This document shows, in pieces, positions 1-9,736 of a stretch of DNA of 64,000 bases. The position numbers and the translations under genes were made by a program. Location: IMG/VR virus record IMGVR_UViG_2568526092_000002, positions 1 through 64,000 of that record; one strand, 5' to 3'. Under the pieces are notes generated by a model. The model ran no database searches. It saw only the letters and a program-made list of their open reading frames with translations, and was not told where the DNA came from. The stretch is from a virus (taxonomy: Duplodnaviria > Caudoviricetes). How positions within the stretch are numbered: the first letter of the stretch is position 1; each line of letters starts with the position of its first letter.

Positions 1-1295
1 TTATTTGACAAGAACTTTAATCTGGTTGGCTCCTGTTCTTGCTAATACTCGGAACCCTGCAGTAGCAGCAGTTGCAATTCCTTCTTCATTAGGTCGGCAG
101 TAACTATCCAACTGACAGGTTCCATCATCCCTCACAAGGAGCTTACCCATCATTCCTATGACTACCCATTCCATTCGATCTATACGGGAGACGTACTCGC
201 GTGAATGATCATAAGAGGTGCTAATGACAGCACTGTTGATTGTATAAGCTGGTACTATAACTTCTCCTCGCTCATCCTTTTGCTCCGGAACCACTCTGTC
301 TTCGTATTGGATCTTGCCCCATTCGTCTGTTTCATATTTGCCAATCCAATTTAGGTGGCTGGCTCCTCCTATAAATGACGGCCTCGCACTGACAATACCT
401 GCAACATAGTCATCTCTGTTTGTTGCTTTCCTAATTTTTTCACCAACCGTTGTTACGAAATATCCCGGTTCAATCGGCTGCCCATCTAGAGTTTCAAACA
501 TTTCGGCGTAATTCGCAGCAGGTGACATAACAGTTCCATCAATATACGGATTACCGGTTGAACCTTGGAGTACGGCGGCTAATCCTGGGCGAGAAGCCTC
601 TAAACCATTGGCCAGATGCCAAGAGATAAGATATAAAGTTTGACCGGCGTATCCCATAATATGTGAAAAAGGGTGGTCCGACTGAACAGTTGTAACGCCG
701 CCTTCTGCATGAGAACCAACACCACTCGCTCTTGCTCCGGATCCTTCTGAATGAGCAGCATACCCATCCGCTGTGTTATTTCCCTCGGCATGGGCATACT
801 GAGCACTTGCCATGATTGCCCCTCGGCATGAGAAATAAATCCAGATGCTTGTGATAAATACCCTTCCACGTGAGAAGGCTCACCCGTAGCAACACAAAGG
901 TAGCCTTCGGCATGGGAGTTCAAGCCGATAGCCTGTGTCATAGACCCTTCACTGTGAGCATTATTTCCGCTAGCTACAGTAAATTGACCTTCGGCATGGG
1001 CAGCGTGCCCTGAGGAAACGGTAAGGTAGCCTTCGGCGTGGGACCCATAACCGGATGCTGTTGTATAAGCTCCTTCAGCATGGGCCGCATCGATTGTAGC
1101 CAGCGTCATATACCCTTCTGCGTGAGATGCAGCTCCCGAGGCGAGTGTGTGGCTTCCTTCCGCATGTGCTGCTGATACACTTGCTGTCGTCTGGTATCCT
1201 TCCGCATGAGAAGAAAACCCGCTTGCGGTAGTCGTATTTCCTTCGGTCTCAGAGCAAAGTCCCGATGCATTTTGATTACACTCTGAATCTGCCAT
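1..1295 (-). pseudogene. Frameshifted peptidase G2 (intramolecular-chaperone autocleavage) domain protein with 14-aa HAEG repeats
   Basis: ORFs 600..1301 and 1..813 are the two halves of one gene. The (A/S)HAEG 14-aa repeats run across a frameshift near 810-820. The C-terminus has YAEMFE...GYFVT...GIVS...W.VIGMMGKLLVRDDG (peptidase G2-like). RBS AGGAGG 7 nt before ATG 1295. Confidence 0.75.
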
Positions 1296-1389
1296 TACCA
1301 TTCCTCCTAAATTTAGATATAATGTACTCTATTAAAATTTAGAAGGATTGGACACTGCATTATCCCCTTACACAAATTCCTGTTTTAGG

Positions 1390-2135
1390 AAAAATCAAAA
1401 CCACCTGTATAACGGGTGGTTTGTTCTGCGGCTGAAAGCCTTTGTTACTGGCCAGAACTAAAAGGGCGTTGAAAGTTCGCCAAACGCACTACTTTTTCGG
1501 CTACCCCTAAAGGGGTCCTCTATTTCTTCTTCTTTCGTTGTTCCTTTGTTTCTTCTCCTGTAAACGCATCAATATACTCCGCCATTGTTATTTGTTCCGC
1601 GACAATATCTTCCTGCAATTTGTTTTGGATATATTCTTGTATCACTTTCTTGTTCCTTCCAACGGTATCCACGTAAAATCCTTTACACCAGAACTTCCGA
1701 TTCCTGTATCGATACTTTAAATTTGCATGTCGGTCAAAGATCATCAAGCTGCTCTTTCCTTTTAAATATCCGATAAACGCTGATACACTAAGCTTCGGTG
1801 GGATGCTCACCAACATATGAATGTGGTCTTTGCATGCTCCCGCCTCAATAATCTCCACGTTTTTTCTCTCACATAGTTGTCTTCGTATTTCCCCAATATC
1901 CTGTTTTAATTTCCCGTAAATAACCTGGCGTCTGTACTTTGGCGCAAACACGATATGATACTTACAATTCCATTTTGTATGTGCTAAACTGTTCATATAA
2001 TATGATATCTGTATCCCTCCTATAGTCGCTAAATTCGGTTGGCGAACCAAATTTATTGTAACATTAGGAGGAATTTTTTTTCATACATCGCTGAAAGCTA
2101 TCCCGAACCATACGCATAGCGTATGGTTTTCTTTT
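1390..2135 (-). mobile_element. IS200/IS605-family element (tnpA only); ends approximate
   Basis: Y1 HUH transposase flanked by subterminal hairpins at 1398-1422 and 2106-2128 (AACCATACGC-ATA-GCGTATGGTT); no terminal IRs, as expected for this family. Confidence 0.85.
1520..1996 (-). CDS. tnpA: IS200-type Y1 transposase, possibly impaired
   Basis: NSLAHTKWNCKYHIVFAPKYRR, HUH motif DHIHML, FWCKGFYVDTVG, catalytic Y in EYIQNK (usual YxxxQ has K here). The RBS-proximal start appears mutated to ATA; ATG 1996 used. Confidence 0.9.
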   Translation of the reverse strand: MNSLAHTKWNCKYHIVFAPKYRRQVIYGKLKQDIGEIRRQLCERKNVEIIEAGACKDHIHMLVSIPPKLSVSAFIGYLKGKSSLMIFDRHANLKYRYRNRKFWCKGFYVDTVGRNKKVIQEYIQNKLQEDIVAEQITMAEYIDAFTGEETKEQRKKKK

Positions 2136-2283
2136 CAGAAAAAAGCCTTGAGTATCAAGACTTTTAATGCAAGCATTTTAAGTTCACCTTGCACTTAAGT
2201 GAATTTATTACATTACTTCTTATATTATATGGGGATTGATCTGGATGCCAACGCTAGTACCTTTTTCAGACAAACATGTATTA

Positions 2284-2553
2284 TTACCCTAAGTAAAATT
2301 TAATGTATTCTTCTAATTGGTCTAGCCAAGCGTCGATTGTCTTCTTTGCTAGAGCACTGCTGAAACGCCCTAGTTCTCTCTCTCCGTGGCTTACAACCAC
2401 TGTCGGGATGATCTTTACTTCCGTGTGAATGGAAGGATCATACTCAATCCTAGAAACGCTGACCTGCTGTCGTTCCTGAGCAATCTTGTCGAGAGTCTTC
2501 TGGAAGCGTCGGCAGTGACCGCAGTCGTTGCTGTAATAAAGAGTCAGGTTCAT
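2284..2553 (-). CDS. Thioredoxin/glutaredoxin-like protein
   Basis: CGHC redox motif near N-terminus; IPTVVV...GRFS cis-Pro segment; 89 aa. Confidence 0.75.
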   Translation of the reverse strand: MNLTLYYSNDCGHCRRFQKTLDKIAQERQQVSVSRIEYDPSIHTEVKIIPTVVVSHGERELGRFSSALAKKTIDAWLDQLEEYIKFYLG

Positions 2554-2738
2554 TCGTCACCGTAATCATTCGGGAACTTATAGAACTTTCCGATAGTTAC
2601 TGTCCATTTACCGAAGTACAAGCACACGTAGATATTTCTCTTGCCCATGTGGTCGTTAGTGTTGAAGTTAGCTCCTAAAAGGAAAGTTTGGTTGTCATAT
2701 ACCTCAATGTTCCAGCCGTGATAGTCTCGTTCTCTCAT
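2550..2738 (-). CDS. Hypothetical phage protein
   Basis: 62 aa, RBS GGGGA, 4-nt overlap with the downstream gene. Confidence 0.55.
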   Translation of the reverse strand: MRERDYHGWNIEVYDNQTFLLGANFNTNDHMGKRNIYVCLYFGKWTVTIGKFYKFPNDYGDE

Positions 2739-2755
2739 ATTCGTTCCCCTTTCTA

Positions 2756-3011
2756 TTAGGCGCGGATTGCTATTTCTACACAGGAAGTAATCACGTGCTC
2801 AGGCGCATTGCCAGTGAAACGCCCTACCTCTTTGCCTTCTTTTAAAGACCACCGTAGGAACGCTCATAACCCCGATTTTCGAAGCAGCCTCAGCACCGAT
2901 AGTAGAATCAACATCAATCCCACGCTCGACAGTAACCTTAGAGAGTGTTGGAGCAATTAATTTACATGGAACGCACCAAGGTGCATAAAATTTAATGATG
3001 TCATTTGACAA
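2756..3011 (-). pseudogene. Thioredoxin, frameshifted
   Basis: FYAPWCVPCK...GVMSVPTVVFK. One extra A in TTTAAAAGAAGG (~2850) shifts the frame; the other frame continues KEGKEVGRFTGNAPEHVITSCVEIAIRA to TAA at 2756. Confidence 0.8.
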
Positions 3012-3048
3012 TTCCTCCGAATATGGGTAAATAAATACGCCTCCTTAC

Positions 3049-3313
3049 TTAGTAGTTTGTGAATGCTTCAGTGAAGGCTTCGAGTAGTTGCAAGCCATCC
3101 TCCTTAACGTCCATTCGCATTTTCCGTGTTTGTTGGGGAGTAGACTTCAACCATGTATGTGATAATGTCGTTTCCAGCTTCATCATCATCCGGTACGATG
3201 TTCTTAATCGTCAGCACTTTCACGATGTATTAGACCATGTGGTTACTCGTCTCATTTCCGACGATAATCTTGTCACCTACAGCGTACTTCGCAGATACGA
3301 TAATGTCTGCCAT
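3049..3313 (-). pseudogene. Degraded hypothetical phage gene
   Basis: RBS GGAGG + ATG 3313: MADIIVSAKYAVGDKII..., with an internal TAA and a later frameshift to ...EAFTEAFTNY*. Confidence 0.5.
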
Positions 3314-3337
3314 GTGGTTCTCACCTCCCTTCAGGGA

Positions 3338-3677
3338 TTAGTTGAGACCCTCTTCGGGAGTCACCACAGCAGTCTTCAGACCGTCAACCAACTTAACTGC
3401 GGTCTCGACTTGGGCAACTTGTCCATGGAAGTCACTGCGGTGAGCTTTGGCTTTAGTAAGAAGCTCTTGGTGATGAGCAATGATTGCTTCCGCATCCTGA
3501 GCGATATGTTCCATACACCGTGTTGCAGTCGAAACTGAAGACCAAGTAAAGCATCCTTCGTGTCACTTCATGTTCAGCCCAAGCCAGTTGTTCAACCAGT
3601 TCCCTGTAAGTAGGTGCTTGCAGGGTTACCTTTTTACCGAAAATGCCTTTTACGATGTTTGCGATTGATTTAAGCAC
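3338..3677 (-). pseudogene. Degraded coiled-coil-like phage gene
   Basis: GTG overlapping the sigma stop (MLKSIANIVKGIFG...), continuing in another frame as QDAEAIIAHHQELL...EEGLN*. Confidence 0.4.
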
Positions 3678-4629
3678 CTTGTTGGCTGGCTTTCTGACGG
3701 ATATAATAGAGAACCCTTGTCGAGTAGGTGGAGGTGTCGTAACCACAGACCTCAAGCAGTTCCGTGATATCTTCGATGCAGAGGTTCTCATTACGCTCCT
3801 TGGTTTCCTGAGCGAGAACGGATATCTCCCGTTCATACTTGGAAGGAATCTTGGTTTTCTCTTCTTTTACGTCAGACTTACGGCTCTCGATTTTACTTCT
3901 AATTCGAGCCAAGGTACGGTTAATCGTCATCGGGTAAACGTTAAGACGTTCCGCAATCTGTGTATTGTTGTTGCTTGCGTCCTCCAAGACTAAACACATG
4001 ACCTTCTTCTCGAAATCCGTGAACATAGGGTCTTCTAGTAATTGCTTTACATAGAGACGATTGGTAACTTCTTCTTCAATACTTCTCTCGTCCTTGTTGG
4101 CGAACTCGAAGTTTTCCATACCGTCGTAGTGCTCAAGTTCATCACTGAACATCGCAATCTCTCGGTAGCGTTCGACAGTCACCTTAAGCAGTTCGGACAT
4201 TTCATCCTCGGCGGGGCGATACCCAAGGGATTCCTCAATCTGGGCCATCCTCTTAATGAGGTCAACTGCACCACGACTTAACCGGACAGACTGAGAGTCA
4301 CTATAAAGAAGTTGATTGATTTCCCAGAGAATGGGGCGCACGACAAAGGTCGTAAACTTAATGCCCCTATCAAAGTCAAAGTCTCTAATAGATGTGAGTA
4401 TTCCGATACACGCGTGTTGGTACAGTTCGTCCTCGGTGATACGAAACTTTGAAACAAGTTCCTCGACACTCCCTTTAAAATGCTTGATGATCGAGAAGAT
4501 AAAGTCTCTATTAGCTTTCAAGAACTCGCCCATGAGTTCTCTATCTTCTTTACATGCTTTCAGGAGTTCTATATTGTGCATATCCTTCAGGTTGTCTTGC
4601 CTAAGATGTAGGTAGTTGGGACTCAGCAC
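3670..4629 (-). CDS. Phage RNA polymerase sigma factor, SigB/F/G-like, with C-terminal extension
   Basis: Region 2 (EDELYQHACIGILTSIRDFDFDRGIKFTTFVVRPILWEI), region 3 (SVRLSR...LGYRPAEDEMSELL), region 4 HTH (NTQIAERLNVYPMTINRTLARIR), then ~70 extra aa. Confidence 0.88.
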   Translation of the reverse strand: MLSPNYLHLRQDNLKDMHNIELLKACKEDRELMGEFLKANRDFIFSIIKHFKGSVEELVSKFRITEDELYQHACIGILTSIRDFDFDRGIKFTTFVVRPILWEINQLLYSDSQSVRLSRGAVDLIKRMAQIEESLGYRPAEDEMSELLKVTVERYREIAMFSDELEHYDGMENFEFANKDERSIEEEVTNRLYVKQLLEDPMFTDFEKKVMCLVLEDASNNNTQIAERLNVYPMTINRTLARIRSKIESRKSDVKEEKTKIPSKYEREISVLAQETKERNENLCIEDITELLEVCGYDTSTYSTRVLYYIRQKASQQGA

Positions 4630-4631
4630 TA

Positions 4632-4919
4632 TTACTTCACCTCGAACTTTCTGTCTTCTTGTGCAGCTTTCAAAAAGTTCACTACCTCACCATCTGCAGT
4701 AACCACGACACTATCCTCGTTGACTGTAAGAGTTTTTTTGAAATCGCTCCACTTCAATTTCGGTCCTTGAGGTTTTGCGAAGCCGTTTCTCTCCATAAAT
4801 GCTTTGTACACAGTGTCATCCATCGTCTTGATTTTCTTGTGGTTGCCTGTGGCTCGGGCATCTGTTACCTCAATATCCAATTCGTTATCGGCTATCTCGG
4901 GGGTATTAACAACACTCAT
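4632..4919 (-). CDS. Hypothetical phage protein
   Basis: 95 aa, RBS AGGAG, directly upstream of the sigma gene in the same operon. Confidence 0.7.
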   Translation of the reverse strand: MSVVNTPEIADNELDIEVTDARATGNHKKIKTMDDTVYKAFMERNGFAKPQGPKLKWSDFKKTLTVNEDSVVVTADGEVVNFLKAAQEDRKFEVK

Positions 4920-4968
4920 TTATCCCATCTCCTTCCGGTATTAAACCGTGTTATTTGCTTCATACTCT

Positions 4969-5000
4969 AGTAGTCGCGCTATGTATGGTATGAGATGCGA
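4969..5000 (-). promoter_or_regulatory. Class I phage promoter motif
   Basis: TCGCATCT-N18-ACTACT. Confidence 0.7.
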
Positions 5001-5010
5001 ACAAAAAGAA

Positions 5011-5030
5011 AAGACCCCTTTCAGGGTCTT
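5011..5030. repeat. Left copy of 20-bp direct repeat (terminator hairpin; probable IS target duplication)
   Basis: AAGACCCCTTTCAGGGTCTT; 19/20 identical to 7760-7779. Confidence 0.7.
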
Positions 5031-5031
5031 C

Positions 5032-6590
5032 CAGGCTGTCGAGAAAGTCTCGACAGCTATCTTTATATCCAAACTATTTAAGACGACACCGCGTTAATGT
5101 TGTATAATATAGGTAACTATTTTTATAGAATGGATGGTGTTCTACATGCTACGCTCCAACCGAGAAAAACAGCAATCTTACGGATTTGTTTCCATAGAAG
5201 ATTTGGTCCCACAAGATCATTTACTCCGTAAAGTAGATAAATATATTGATTTTTCTTTTATCGATGAAATGGTTCGCCCCTTATACTGTGCGGATAACGG
5301 ACGTCGTGCGATAGATCCAATCGTATTGTTCAAAATGATTTTTCTTGGTTACTTTTACGGCATCCGTTCTGAACGACAACTGGAACGGGAGATTCAGATG
5401 AATCTAGCTTACCGCTGGTTTTTAGGACTCGGGTTGACCGACAAGGTCCCGGACCATACAACCATTAGCTGGAACCGGCGAACTCGCTTCAAAGATACAA
5501 ACATCTTTCAGGATATTTTCGATGAGATTGTCATGCAGGCCATTTCGCATCGGATGGTCGGCGGACGTGTTCTGGTGACCGATTCAACTCATGTTAAAGC
5601 GAATGCCAACAAGCACCAATACACCAAACAGAAAGAACTGCAAAATACCAAAGATTACGTGGACGAGCTTAACGCCGCTGTGGCGGAGGACCGGAAAGAG
5701 CACGGAAAAAAGCCCTAAAACCTAGAGAGGAAGTGACTGAGGATAAAGAAATTAAAGTGAGCAAGACCGATCAAGACAGCGGGTATATGATTCGAGACGG
5801 TAAGCCCGAGGGCTTCTTTTATCTGGACCACCGCACCGTGTTTATGCCAAGTACAATCTTATTACGGACGTGCATGTCACGCCGGGAAATGTTCAGGATT
5901 CTGTTCCCTATTTGTCGCGTCTGGATCGCCAGCGAGAACGTTTTGACTTTAAAATCGAAGCCGTTGCCCTAGATTCGGGTTATTTAACCACGCCCATTTG
6001 CCGAGGATTGCAAAGCCGAAAGATTTTTGCAGTGATTGCCCACCGAAGATTTCATTCCAAGCAAGGGTTGTTTTCGAAATGGAAGTTTACATTTGATGCG
6101 GAGCGAAATCGTTATGTCTGCCCTGCAAATCACGAACTGAATTACCGCACAACGGATCGAAAAGGCTACCGGCAGTACACGTCAAATCCAGAGCATTGCA
6201 AGAACTGCCCCTTGCTGGACCGATGTACGCAATCCCGAAACCACCGGAAGGTGGTGACCCGGCATGTCTGGGAAGACAGCAAGGATTGGGTACGGAATAA
6301 CCGACTCAGCAAGTCAGGCAAACAGTTGTACCGCAAACGAAAAGAAACAATTGAGCGAAGCTTCGCGGATGCTAAAGAGCTCCACGGGTTTCGCTATTGC
6401 CGTTTGCGAGGGCTACTAAACGTCAGGGAACAAGCACTGATGACGGCAGCCGTGCAGAACATGAAGAAGATGGCGATCCACCTGGATCGCCTGGAGAAAC
6501 GGGGATAACCCCCCTATTTCCCAATTTTACATCTGCCAAAACAAAAAGAGAAACCCGATGTCATGAAAATGACTGGGTTTCTCGACAGCT
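5032..6590 (+). mobile_element. IS1182-family element, copy A
   Basis: Left IR CAGGCTGTCGAGAAA, right end TTTCTCGACAGC, IS1182-type DDE transposase. Confidence 0.85.
5134..6508 (+). pseudogene. IS1182-family transposase (A6G slippery site plus one extra frameshift near 5840)
   Basis: PQDHLLRK...LYCADNGRRAIDP...IRSERQLERE...PDHTTIS...DSTHVKANAN...VALDSGY...RKETIERSFADAKE, split over ORFs 5134, 5733 and 5870. Confidence 0.88.
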
Positions 6591-7759
6591 ATTTTTTTAT
6601 ACATTTAATTCAACACGACACCGCGTTAATGTTGTATAATATTAGTAAATAAACGTGCGGAAGGGTGTACAAATATGTTGCGTTCGAATCGAGAAAAACA
6701 ACAGGCTTACGAATTTGTTTCCATTGAAGAACTGGTTCCTCAAGATCATCTGCTCCGTAAAGTGGATAAGTATATCGATTTTTCTTTCATCGACGAAAAG
6801 GTTCGTCAGGTTCTACAAAACACCCGTGATTATGTGAATGAACTTAATGCTGCCGTAGAGGCCGACCGGAATGCACATGGAAAAAAGCGCTAAAACCTAG
6901 AGAGGACGTGATAGAGGAAAAGGAAATTAAAGTGAGCACAACAGATCCTGGACAGCGGTTATATGATACGTGATGGGAAGCCGGAAGGATTTTTCTACTT
7001 AGACCAGCGTACTGTGGATCTGAAATACAACATGATTACGGATGTACATGTGACCGCTGGAAATGTCCATGATTCTATACCGTATTTGTCACGTTTGGAT
7101 CGTCAACAACAACGATTTGGTTTTAAAGTAGAAGCCGTTGCTCTGGACTCGGGGTACTTGACTTCACCCATCTGCAAAGGGCTGCAAAGCCGAAATATTT
7201 TTGCCGTTATTGCTCACCGAAGATTTCACCTGACCCAAGGTTTATTCCCCAAATGGAAGTTCATATATGATGCACAGCGCAATATTTATGTTTGTCCGGA
7301 AAAGCACGAATTACCGTATAGAACGACCAACCGCGAGGGATACCGACAGTACACCAGCATTGCAAGAACTGCCCGTTATTAAACGAATGCACACGATCTC
7401 GAAACCACCGAAAAGTGGTGACCCGTCATGTCTGGGAGGACAGTAAAGAGTGGGTGCGAGGCAACCGGCTCAGTCGATCCGGGAAGTATATCTACCGCAA
7501 ACGAAAAGAGACGATTGAGCGAAGCTTCGCGGATGCTAAAGAGCTCCATGGGTTTCGCTATTGCCGTTTGTTCGGACTGCAAAACGTCAGGGAACAGGCC
7601 CTGATGACGGCAGCTGTGCAGAACATGAAGAAGATGGCGATCCACCTGGATCGCCTGGAAAAACGGGGGGTAATCTCCCCTATTTCCTTTTTAAACCGAC
7701 CACTTAAAATATGAGAAACCCCGTACTTTGAAAAAAGTAGAGGGTTTCTCGACAATCTG
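6578..7759 (+). mobile_element. IS1182-family element, copy B (internally deleted)
   Basis: Shares junction TTTCTCGACAGCT with copy A; right IR TTTCTCGACAATCTG. Confidence 0.85.
6675..7673 (+). pseudogene. IS1182-family transposase remnant
   Basis: Paralogue of copy A missing ~110 aa (IDEKVR joined to QVLQNTRD), with several further frameshifts. Confidence 0.88.
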
Positions 7760-7779
7760 AAGACCCCTTTCGGGGTCTT
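7760..7779. terminator. Intrinsic terminator-like hairpin after HU pseudogene; right copy of the 20-bp direct repeat
   Basis: AAGACCCCTTTCGGGGTCTT. Confidence 0.65.
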
Positions 7780-7783
7780 TCTA

Positions 7784-8030
7784 TTACTTCAGCGGATAGG
7801 TTTTCTTGCCGACCTTGAGTCGCTTTTTGGCAGACTCAGACGGTTTGATAAGGATTGCTCGATATGGTTCAATGACCATCGGCTCTCCGGTCTGAGGATT
7901 CTTGACATGCTTTGCGTCTTAGTCCTTGGGTTCGAGATTAAAGGAATTGATAAGATAGATTCTGCTACCTTGAACCAAGTTTTCGAGAATAGTATGTAGG
8001 GCCAATCTCGATATTAACTGAAGGGTTTTT
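7784..8030 (-). pseudogene. HU/IHF-family histone-like DNA-binding protein, 5'-truncated with internal stop (absent from ORF track)
   Basis: Manual translation: ...LENLVQGSRIYLINSFNLEPKD*DAKHVKNPQTGEPMVIEPYRAILIKPSESAKKRLK... NPQTGE is the HU arm motif. Confidence 0.75.
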
Positions 8031-8040
8031 CAGGCTACCC

Positions 8041-8262
8041 TTAATCTTCATATATCTCTGTTGTGGCGGGGAGTACCTGAAGCAACCCTGTGTCGCCGTG
8101 AGTACAGGTAGTACCCGTCTCAACCTGAATCATCGCTAGAATAGTATAAGGACTGACCCCGTAGGTCTTGCTGTGTTTTACAATAAGTACAGCAAACTTG
8201 TTAACGTTAGACTCGCCGGAAGAATGTCTAATCCCATCAAGTAAGGCGTATACTGCTTGCAT
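8041..8262 (-). pseudogene. Lytic transglycosylase (SLT) remnant
   Basis: YGVSPYTILAMIQVETG...GDTGLLQVLPAT covers SLT motifs I-II only; motif III is absent. Confidence 0.65.
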
Positions 8263-8332
8263 GCGCTGTGTACAAGATTTTGATGGGCGGTCACGAACTC
8301 GTTGTTCGTCATGTCTCTTACGTTAGTTGTCA

Positions 8333-8575
8333 TTAGACAATGTTCCCTTCAGCTTCAAGAACTTCCAACAGGGTCTCGTAAGAAGGCAGGTTGATTACTG
8401 TCTCTTCAATCCAGTGTTGGAACATATCGAACTTATCTTCAGAGACCAATTTCTCTTCAGTGATGGAACTCAGGAAAATACTCTTCCCGTTCGCTTGGAA
8501 GTGAATCTCCTTCGTGTGCTTCTCAGGAACTTCTTTAAGTAGCAAACCTGAGGCTATTCTGTGGTCAATGTTCAT
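8333..8575 (-). CDS. Hypothetical phage protein
   Basis: RBS GGGAG + ATG 8575; class I promoter upstream. Confidence 0.7.
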   Translation of the reverse strand: MNIDHRIASGLLLKEVPEKHTKEIHFQANGKSIFLSSITEEKLVSEDKFDMFQHWIEETVINLPSYETLLEVLEAEGNIV

Positions 8576-8599
8576 CTGTATCACTCTCCCTTTACTCTC

Positions 8600-8631
8600 A
8601 GTAGTAGAGTTATGTAGGGAGAAAGATGCGA
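8600..8631 (-). promoter_or_regulatory. Class I phage promoter motif
   Basis: TCGCATCT-N18-ACTACT. Confidence 0.7.
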
Positions 8632-8639
8632 AAGAAAAA

Positions 8640-8655
8640 GAGACCCGAAGGTCTC
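8640..8655 (-). terminator. Intrinsic terminator
   Basis: GAGACC-TTCG-GGTCTC followed by a T-run on the minus strand. Confidence 0.65.
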
Positions 8656-8713
8656 GAATTTCTTACAATTCACCTCAATCATTGGAAGAGGATACTTTGG
8701 CGTAGTTGCGTAG

Positions 8714-8956
8714 CTAAATTAGGTCTAAACAGGCAAAACAGGAGTTAGCTTTTTTCCTGATAGCGTCGATATTTTCGTTCAATTTGATGTCCGAATTGTA
8801 CAGGTCTCCGTAGCTTTCTTTCAGGGCATCCAGTTCCGCAGAGATAAGGCACTTGCCCTCCCCTTCAAGCACATTGGTATAATCCAGTCCCATATCAGAA
8901 ACAGCCTTCCTGTTGTTCTGAAGAACTCCATAAACGTCCCTGAACTTAATTTTCAT
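8714..8956 (-). CDS. Hypothetical phage protein
   Basis: 80 aa, ATGA overlap with the upstream gene. Confidence 0.6.
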   Translation of the reverse strand: MKIKFRDVYGVLQNNRKAVSDMGLDYTNVLEGEGKCLISAELDALKESYGDLYNSDIKLNENIDAIRKKANSCFACLDLI

Positions 8957-9246
8957 CGTCTTGTCCTCCTAATCGTGCTGAGACGGTTTGTGTAGTCTGC
9001 TGAGAAGCAGTCCTGAAGACACTGCTTGTTACCTTCAATAGAAGCCTGAAGCCCAGGGGTGGAAGATACGTTAGCGTCCATGATGCGTTCTAGCAATGAT
9101 TCAAGCTGATTCTTGTTCCTGCGAATTACGTCTACCGTGGCGGGCGACACATGCCGCATGGCTTGCTCCATATTCCGGATAGCACTCTCAATCATCTCTA
9201 CTTGCTCTACTACAACTCCAAGAGTGTAAAAATAAGTCCTTTCCAT
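8953..9246 (-). CDS. Hypothetical phage protein (coiled-coil-like)
   Basis: 97 aa, RBS GGAGG. Confidence 0.65.
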   Translation of the reverse strand: MERTYFYTLGVVVEQVEMIESAIRNMEQAMRHVSPATVDVIRRNKNQLESLLERIMDANVSSTPGLQASIEGNKQCLQDCFSADYTNRLSTIRRTRR

Positions 9247-9411
9247 TTTATCCCTCCTAGTAATATGCGTTTAAAATGTCTTAGCATTTAAAGATTTACT
9301 CCACCGTTAATAGATGACTTCCATTTACCTTTTTGCCAAAACACGAAGTCATCTATAGAGTCAGTTTTTAAAACACCATTCATGGCGTACCTGCATTTTT
9401 TTCTTATAGAT

Positions 9412-9594
9412 CTAGTCCTTCGAGCGACGAATCATCTTCTTTGCTTGCTTCTGAGCGGTACGACGGGTGGCTCGGTTATAAGCCATAAAGGGGATAGACT
9501 TGTCCAACTCCCCTGCTTTAATCAAAGAAGCCACATCAGATATCAACAGTGGGCTATTTCCCAGAATCATTGCGTTTTCGTTTTTGTCCATCAT
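9412..9594 (-). CDS. Small basic hypothetical protein
   Basis: Probable start MMDKNE at 9594; Arg/Lys-rich C-terminus. Confidence 0.45.
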   Translation of the reverse strand: MMDKNENAMILGNSPLLISDVASLIKAGELDKSIPFMAYNRATRRTAQKQAKKMIRRSKD

Positions 9595-9704
9595 CAGTTT
9601 TACCTTCTTTCGCTTGAGAGTCTTTGTACCTTTACTTCTTGCCGCCCTTCTCACGATAGAACATGCCACCCTTCCATGCGGGGCTATCCTCACCACGGAG
9701 CACA

Positions 9705-9736
9705 ATAGGTACGAGTTTAATGACGTACAGGTGGAT
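9705..9736 (-). promoter_or_regulatory. Weak class I promoter match
   Basis: ATCCACCT-N18-ACCTAT. Confidence 0.35.

Noticed and set aside
2205-2240. dif-like site (ACTTCTTATATTATATG / TAATGTAATAA)
   Set aside because: Only one arm partly matches the Bacillus dif consensus.
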